Part shown: positions 37,438 through 44,514 of the stretch, piece after piece | How the letters are laid out: each line of letters begins with the position of its first letter | Position numbering within the stretch: position 1 is the stretch's first letter | Source of the DNA: Batkoa obscura | Lineage: Eukaryota | Reading direction: 5' to 3' | NCBI GenBank assembly: GCA_030770535.1 | Contig: JASVEC010000130.1 | Location: 1-44,514 of the forward strand | Length of the DNA: 44,514 nt | Program-made: the position numbers and the translations under genes | Notes under the pieces: generated by a model | Database searches by the model: none | The model's input: only the letters and a program-made list of their open reading frames with translations | Told to the model about the DNA's origin: nothing

Positions 37438-37514
37438 GAGGATGTTTCTTTGATCTCATTGCTTTTTCAAGCGGAAAAATGCTAGTAAAATTCTTATACA
37501 AAAATATATCTCCC
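37438..37514 (-). mobile_element. internally deleted MITE family A copy between two tRNA genes
   Basis: ATAT-GAGGATGTTT...AGCGGAAAAATGCTAGTAAAATTCTT...ATATCTCC. Confidence 0.8.
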
Positions 37515-37623
37515 TATTTTTTTATTGAAGTAACTTCTGTAATTTAAATTATATAGAACTTATTTATACTGTTATTATCATTATAAAAACTAGTTAAATC
37601 CTTTAACAAAAAAGGATTAAATA

Positions 37624-37694
37624 TGCAATGTCCGGGAATCGAACCCGGGGCTGCCGCGTGGCAGGCGGCAATTTTACCACTAAACCAACATTGC
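37624..37694 (-). tRNA. tRNA-Gly(GCC)
   Basis: Reverse complement of 25150-25220. Confidence 0.96.
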
Positions 37695-38161
37695 ATGGTA
37701 TTGACCAGAAATTATTTTTATATAACTAATGTAATTTTTTGTCGCTTTGGATTAATTAATACATTTTAGTAGGGACCTAGAGTATTTAGATCAATAAATA
37801 AATATATATAGTTTTATTGAAGTAGATAGGGTCATTTATTTTTTAATAGATTATTTCGTGATAGATTATTTTGTGGTATTTATTGGTATATAATTGTTTT
37901 ACATCGCTGTTGGTTAATGCATAGTACAAAATTAGAGCTATATTATTAAAATGAGTATTATAATTAATTGTATAATGAATTTAATAAATAGGAATAAATA
38001 ATATATATTAACAGTGTTTTATTGAGGTAATATATGATTGGCATCAACTTAAAGTTTCAGTAATATTACTTCATTAAGTATCAAGTTTCAATATTATTTT
38101 ACTTATTTAATATTAGTAATTAATTATCAATTAATTGAAATTTTAACCAATTTTAGTGTAT

Positions 38162-38256
38162 GGAAATATTTTATAGTTTTATCACTTCTCCATTTTTTAA
38201 GCACTATTTGAGTGGAAAAGCTATTAGTAAAATTCTCAAACAAAAAATACATCCCC
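38162..38256 (-). mobile_element. MITE family A copy
   Basis: Family core, ends TACATCCCC-ATAT; left terminus decayed. Confidence 0.85.
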
Positions 38257-38368
38257 ATATATAGTTTATTCAATTTTAAAAGTAAATCAAATTGAATTCA
38301 ATTCGAATTTTCGACTTATTTTTAATATATAAAATACAAAAGTTTATTTGTCACTTAGAATCGAATCA

Positions 38369-38406
38369 TTTAATAATTTAATAATTTAATAATTTAATAA
38401 TTTAAT
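38369..38406. repeat. (TTTAATAA)n minisatellite, ~4.7 units
   Basis: Direct reading. Confidence 0.8.
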
Positions 38407-38733
38407 ATTAGATTATTTTTTATCTGTAAAGTTAAAAAATATTTTAATCATTGAAAATAAAAGTTAACTAATAGTGCATTCTTCAAAAACAATGGGCAAC
38501 TTAAATGGTAAATTAAATTAATCTCATCTTTGAATTGAATTTATTGATATGCCCAATTTTTAAAATATACTTTAAGAATTGAGAAATTTCATTAAAAAGG
38601 AATGACTATATTAGATTCAATTCATTGATTAATAAAAGTTCTAACTAGTTTTTAAATATCATCAACTTTCACTTTTAACTAAACTGTTCTTTTTCTCTTT
38701 TTCTCTTTTTCCCTTTTTTCTCCTTTTTTTAAA

Positions 38734-40221
38734 ATGTCATTTTATCTTTTATTATTATTACTTCCATTACGATTATCATTATTATTAAGTTCGGGTAGCT
38801 GTATTGCAAATGGAAATCAAATATATTATCTAGGTGGAAAAAGATTTAATATTGAAGATCAAAAATTTTATATTAATAATGATATTTATACATTAGATTT
38901 TAATCAATCATTTAAAATCAAAGAGAATATTGCTCCATGGAAACAATATAATCAATCAACAATCAAATTACAACTAAATACAATGTTTAATGCGGTTAAT
39001 GAAGATAACAATATATTAATTATTGGAGGTAAAGAAAAGAATGTTGATGACTTTATAATAGATTACAACATTAACAATGGGAATACAAATAAGTTAAATT
39101 TAAAGAATAATCCCTATTTCTACAACATTATTGAACAGCAAGGAAATAAAAAAATAACATATTTATTATTTAATTTGATAAAATTAGATACAAGTGATAA
39201 CAATAATCATGATTATTTATTATATGGAGGAGTATTTATTAATCAATATGATAAATTAAAATATATGACTAAATTATTTCTTTATAATAAACAGTTAGAC
39301 GAATGGAAAGATAATAATATTCAATATCCTCCGATAATTAGTCATTATTCAATAATTTATAATAATCAATTAATAACTATTGGTGGTGTTGATAAAGATA
39401 ATAATTTTAATTCATTAAATCAAATATCACTATTTAATTTTACAAATAATCAATTTAATACGATTAATACTAAAGGTATTCAATTACCTAATAATTTATA
39501 TTCAAGAAGTTTAAAAATCAATAATACAATTTATACTTTAATTAATTTAAATAAAACACATTCAACATTATATTATTTAGATTTAATTAATTTTGAATGG
39601 AAAGATAGTAATATTACTTATAATTTTAATATTGTTGCTGATTCTTGTTTAATTAATATTAATAATTATTTGATTCAATCATTTGGTTCTAATAATGAAG
39701 AACAATTAAAATCCACTCAATTAATTGATTTAGTTACGTTTCAACAAACTAATAGTTATAACTCATTAAATGATATTACTAAAGAAAAAGAAGAAAAAGA
39801 AGAAGATTCATCATTTTTTAATACTTTAGATATTAACAATTTAAATACTTCGACTAATGAAAAATCAACTAATTTTGCTATGGTAACTGGAATCACTTTA
39901 AGTTCAATTATCTTATTATTATTATTATTAGGTTATTTAATTAAAAGAAGATTGAATTATAATATATCATCCACTACTAAAACTAAGAAATCAACTAAAA
40001 TAAAGCCAGATACTATATCTATTCCATCTTCTGAAAAAGATAAGGATGTATTTTATATTCCCCTTTCTCCACCTGCTGATAATAATGTTCCAACTAGTAA
40101 TATTTATACTTCATTTCCTACAGCTATTCATTCTACTTCAGTTCAATCTCCTAATACTTCATTACAATTTGATAATAAGGATATTTATATTTCTACTGCT
40201 AATTCAGTAGATTATAATTAA
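38734..40221 (+). CDS. Kelch/galactose-oxidase-like type-I membrane protein, paralogue of 30851-32257
   Basis: Signal peptide; QIYYLGG, NIAPWKQ, YLLYGG, DSCLININNYLIQSFG collinear with the paralogue; TM helix and Ser/Thr/Pro-rich tail. Confidence 0.8.
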   Translation: MSFYLLLLLLPLRLSLLLSSGSCIANGNQIYYLGGKRFNIEDQKFYINNDIYTLDFNQSFKIKENIAPWKQYNQSTIKLQLNTMFNAVNEDNNILIIGGKEKNVDDFIIDYNINNGNTNKLNLKNNPYFYNIIEQQGNKKITYLLFNLIKLDTSDNNNHDYLLYGGVFINQYDKLKYMTKLFLYNKQLDEWKDNNIQYPPIISHYSIIYNNQLITIGGVDKDNNFNSLNQISLFNFTNNQFNTINTKGIQLPNNLYSRSLKINNTIYTLINLNKTHSTLYYLDLINFEWKDSNITYNFNIVADSCLININNYLIQSFGSNNEEQLKSTQLIDLVTFQQTNSYNSLNDITKEKEEKEEDSSFFNTLDINNLNTSTNEKSTNFAMVTGITLSSIILLLLLLGYLIKRRLNYNISSTTKTKKSTKIKPDTISIPSSEKDKDVFYIPLSPPADNNVPTSNIYTSFPTAIHSTSVQSPNTSLQFDNKDIYISTANSVDYN

Positions 40222-40246
40222 GCAGTTATAAATTGATGATGGATAT

Positions 40247-40340
40247 GGGGATGTATTTTTATGTTTAACAATTTTATTAACAATTTTTCTGCTAAATAGT
40301 ACTTAAAAGATGAAAAAAATGAAGTAAAAAAAACACCCCC
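40247..40340 (+). mobile_element. MITE family A copy, 25 bp after the Kelch gene stop
   Basis: ATAT-GGGGATGT...ACACCCCC-ATAT. Confidence 0.9.
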
Positions 40341-40672
40341 ATATACTATTTTTTTTCTTATATTTTTAATTGAATTAATATGAAAGATGAAACCTATAAG
40401 AATAGTTTAGTTTGTTTTGATAATAAATTAATATTTTTTTATTGTTTTTATTTGAAATTTATAAATCCTTTTTTAATACTTTTATTTTATTTAAATTATT
40501 CAACTTAATTTAATATTAAAATAGACTTTTATTAAGCAATTTATGAATGCTATATTAAATTTCAAAGTCAAATCCTTATAATATTCAAATTGATATATAC
40601 ATTAATAACTTTTTGATTAAAATTAGTTTTAAAAGATAATATTCATATCAATATTAGTGAGAGTTGATTGAA

Positions 40673-40726
40673 TAGTATTAGTATTAGTATTAGTATTAGT
40701 ATTAGTATTAGTATTAGTATTAGTAT
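40673..40726. repeat. (TAGTAT)9 microsatellite
   Basis: Direct reading. Confidence 0.9.
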
Positions 40727-40809
40727 TATTTTTAGCATAAGTAAAAATTGAGGTACTAATTAAAGAATTCAAATAAAATCTAGCACTTTTGGGATTATCT
40801 TTAATATCT

Positions 40810-40906
40810 GCGAATGTACTTTTTGTTTAACAATTTTACTACTAACTTTTTCCACTCAAATAGTGCTTAAAAACTGGAAAAAATGATGAAACTGAAAAGC
40901 ATCCAT
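40810..40906 (+). mobile_element. degenerate MITE family A copy
   Basis: Core TTTTCCACTCAAATAGTGCTTAAAAACTGGAAAAAATGATGAA. Confidence 0.8.
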
Positions 40907-42652
40907 TTACTAGCTAAGAATTTCTATTAATATCCGTCTAAGGGGAATAAGATAGTATATGTTTTAGTTCTAAAATTCATTAATCAAAGCTTTATTTTTA
41001 TATATTTAAAAATACGATAACTATGATGTTTTTAATATAAATGATAATATTTTTAATAAATAATTTAAAAAAAGATTCTATATTATTATATCTCAAGGAA
41101 TAGAAAATGTGAATAACATTCAGTTATTTTATTTGTTTAATTATATTGTAGAGTTTAGATTTATTTGTAATATTATCTAAATATAATGAAAATTTTAAAA
41201 CATATAATTCATTTTTATTAAAATTAATAAAATTCCACAATTATAACTATATATTACTTATTGATAGTCATGATTTTTAACCTTAATCTTAATAAATAGA
41301 TATAATCTATTAATAGAATAATAAGGTTAATAATATTTTTTTAGCTTATTTCAATGATTTTTAGAAATCTGTCTATTTAAATTTAAAACAATTGTTACAT
41401 AGTATCAACACATTCTACATATAGTATATTAACTCAATAATTTAAACTTGTTCGTTATTTATTTGAAATAATTTAAACTATTAATTGTATTCCCCGGCTA
41501 ATAAGATTTGCATTATTACAAATGCATTTCAATAAAAATAACTGTGTATATATTAAAATTATTATTTTCTAAAATTGTAAACTTTTATTTTCCAGTTGAA
41601 ATCCAGATTCAATTATAATAATATATAGAATATATCTTTAATATTATAACACTTGTATCAATTATATCAACTACTAATTATAATTCAACTTTAATTTAAC
41701 ATTAAATTAATTTCTATTTGTCAAGATAAATTATATAAAAGGATCATTTAAACTTGAGGTAATGTAAGAATGTTAATAGTGTCTAAAAGAACTAGAATTC
41801 CAATTACGCAGTATATTTTATTGTTGTAATTCAAATTTAAGGAGTCTAACAAATATATTCAAAAGGATAACCCTTATTACACCTCAAATTAAAAAATAAA
41901 AGTAAAAATACAATCAATTGTATTATAAGAATTACAACTTGAAATATATTTAAAAAAAGAATTCATTTCATGTTTTATTAAGTATATTAAAATTGAATTA
42001 AACTATTAAAAACCAGTACTAAAAGCAGTTAATTATTTTGATTTTTTTAATTCATTTTTTTATCAACAAGCTTAAACTTTTACAAGCTGATTTAACCAAA
42101 TTTATTAACATTTAATATAATGTACAAATAATATAACTTAGTTCAATAATGAGTCGATATTTTATTTGATAAAATATTAATTATTAAAACAATGAAGTCA
42201 TAAAGATCATATTAAATTTCCATAGAGGGGATGAGTACCAATAATAATTAAGTAAGTGAAGATAATAAAAGTTTAATTGGTTTTTGACCTAGTGGCAAAG
42301 TTTACTGATTCAAGTCAAGTGATCAACTAACCCCTTCCTTTTCCTTATAAAAAGTAATTGCTAAGAAATCAACTTTTAATATCCAATTAATATATATATT
42401 CAAAGTTAATTGTATTTTGATTGGTATAGGTTGTTCAAGGTATTTTTAAAAGGGTGGGGAAAGCATTGAGTAAAAGCTTAGCTAAAAGTTGAATTAATAG
42501 CATTTTGCTTAGTCCAAAAAGTATATAAACACGATTAATCAAAGCAAGGTTTGGAATTTAATTTGGTACCATTATAAATAATAATATTTAGATTCAATAT
42601 ATATATAAACTAAATAAGTTTTAATTAATTTTAATAATAATTCAATAACAAC

Positions 42653-43663
42653 ATGCCTCAGCATTTTGATCGTTCTTGTGATAATTGTCGCAGACTAAAG
42701 ATTAGATGTGATAGGATTAAACCTCATTGTAAAAACTGTGGTAAACGAAAGGTGAGCTGTACTCGAAATAAACCATTACAAAAACGAGGACCTAAACCAA
42801 AATCAAGTAAAAGGACTAAACATACTACTAAAGTTAAAGTAGAAGCTTCTCCTTCACCAGTTATGGGTTCTGTATATAATCCATCCCCATCTCCTTCTAC
42901 TTATGAATCTTCTGATTTTGCTACTTCACCAACTCGAATTGGGGACGCAATTGAAGATTTTAAATCAGAAATGGATTACAATAATGATGATGAAGAATCA
43001 GAAACTAGTTCCATGCTTTCTTATGCTACTAATGAATTGATTGAAGAGTTAAAAAATGAATTAAAAGAAGATACAATACGTCCAATATCAATTCTTGAAT
43101 CTACTAATGAAATTGTTAATCCATTAATCTCAAATGAATCTAATAATAACATTATTTTACCATCAACTAAAGAAGACCATATACTTAGTTATAAACAAAG
43201 ACATAAAATGCTCTTATTTGAAGAAATGTTAAAAAGAGATTATAATAAAATGATGGAAGAAACCTTGAGAAGAGATAAAGAAATGTTTAAATCAAAATTA
43301 TCAAAGTTTATACCAAGTTTAATCAATCAAGAACAATATGATTATATCGTATATTACTTTGATAATATACATGATCATATCCCACTTATTTCTGCAGATA
43401 GGTTTATTACTTTAATTAACATATTCATTCAAAATAATGCAACTCATATTATCAAGAACCTTATTGATATTTTATGTCAAGTATCTTACCTTTATATTAA
43501 CAAACCCATCAAGTTCCGTAACATTATTAATACTTTTTTATTATTATGTAATTTAGATTCGATTATAACCTCCTCTAAAACCCCAGCTAACATGCCACAT
43601 TTACTTATTAATACTTATTCTATGCTCATCAATTATTATCAAAGCGTGACTAACTTTACTTAA
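42653..43663 (+). CDS. Zn(II)2Cys6 (GAL4-type) fungal transcription factor
   Basis: CDNCRRLKIRCDRIKPHCKNCGKRKVSC cluster, KRGPK, and YYFDNIHDHIPLIS (start of the fungal TF middle homology region). Confidence 0.92.
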   Translation: MPQHFDRSCDNCRRLKIRCDRIKPHCKNCGKRKVSCTRNKPLQKRGPKPKSSKRTKHTTKVKVEASPSPVMGSVYNPSPSPSTYESSDFATSPTRIGDAIEDFKSEMDYNNDDEESETSSMLSYATNELIEELKNELKEDTIRPISILESTNEIVNPLISNESNNNIILPSTKEDHILSYKQRHKMLLFEEMLKRDYNKMMEETLRRDKEMFKSKLSKFIPSLINQEQYDYIVYYFDNIHDHIPLISADRFITLINIFIQNNATHIIKNLIDILCQVSYLYINKPIKFRNIINTFLLLCNLDSIITSSKTPANMPHLLINTYSMLINYYQSVTNFT

Positions 43664-44514
43664 CTTATCCACTAATCTTTTTTATTCTGTATATTGCTCG
43701 TTTATTCGGATCTTATATTTTTTTTATTGTAAATAAATTGTATCTTTTGATTATTAATTTAATTGTAAGAGAGGGAACTGCGCTTTTTAAAAAAACACAG
43801 TCACCCTGACACTAATTTTGAATCTTTTTGAAGAATTAGGCAAGCCAATTTCATTTTCGGTTTTACTTTATCTACCACCATTATGAAATAATTAACTTGA
43901 ATTTGTAATTTTGAATTCAACATTGAATAAACTTTTACAAATCAAATAAATTAAATTAGATAGTTATCATAATTCAATAAAATTAGCTAATTTTTTAAAT
44001 ATCAATATTGAATATATATTAAATACAATAAAACTTTGTGATGATTGTTAATGTAATAATTTAAAATAGTATATTAACTTTTTCTTTTTCTTTTTCTTTT
44101 TTTCAAAGAATCTTGAATAATAATACATTCTAATTAGTTTATTAAACAATAACAATGTTTATAAAATTCTAAACAAAGACTAAAGTTGAAATTTATATAT
44201 TTAAATCTAATAAGCCCATTAATAACTACTATAAAATAAGCCTCTTTCAGTTGAAATTTCTAGTTTGAAATACCAGTATTTTTATATAACCAGGTTTTAA
44301 ATAATGAGGACCTTCAACTTTTTTAATTGTTATAATTCATAATTATAAAAATAGTAGAAGCCAATTAAATGTCAATTTATATTATTAAAACTCAACTGAT
44401 AATAGAAATTATTTAAAAAGCTTATAATAATTAAGGAGTCGAATATGTGTATTATTTCACGCTTGATTAAATATAGATGTTGCAATTTTTGCGAGTTTTT
44501 GAGTAATAATTAAT

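Noticed and set aside
3991..40906. CRISPR-like reading of the recurring ~100-bp repeat
   Set aside because: Copies are dispersed, in both orientations, have TIRs and target duplications, lack regular spacers, and no cas genes are present; the locus is eukaryotic.

Overview
Very AT-rich eukaryotic genomic DNA, standard genetic code, short GT-AG introns. The gene set points to an early-diverging fungus, most plausibly Zoopagomycota/Entomophthorales such as Conidiobolus (inference from ASPM plus TTC36 plus a Zn2Cys6 factor, F-box/LRR relics and Kelch membrane proteins). Conserved genes: the 3' part of an ASPM/Asp-like IQ-repeat protein, SAM synthetase, PWP1 (11 exons) head-to-head with the RRP3/DDX47 helicase (6 exons), TTC36, a WrbA/PST2-type quinone reductase, two paralogous Kelch type-I membrane proteins and a Zn2Cys6 factor. 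There are three identical tRNA-Gly(GCC) genes, one tRNA-Asn(GTT) and a decayed tRNA. The accessory DNA holds about 22 copies of a ~100-bp MITE (GGGGATGT...ACATCCCC termini, apparent 4-bp AWWT target duplication, Sola-like), three copies of a ~460-bp solo LTR (two carrying the MITE at the same site and forming an inverted pair), a second GC-rich MITE-like hairpin and several pseudogenes. No CRISPR array or prokaryotic-type system is evident. Coordinates were read by eye; ends of degenerate repeats are approximate.
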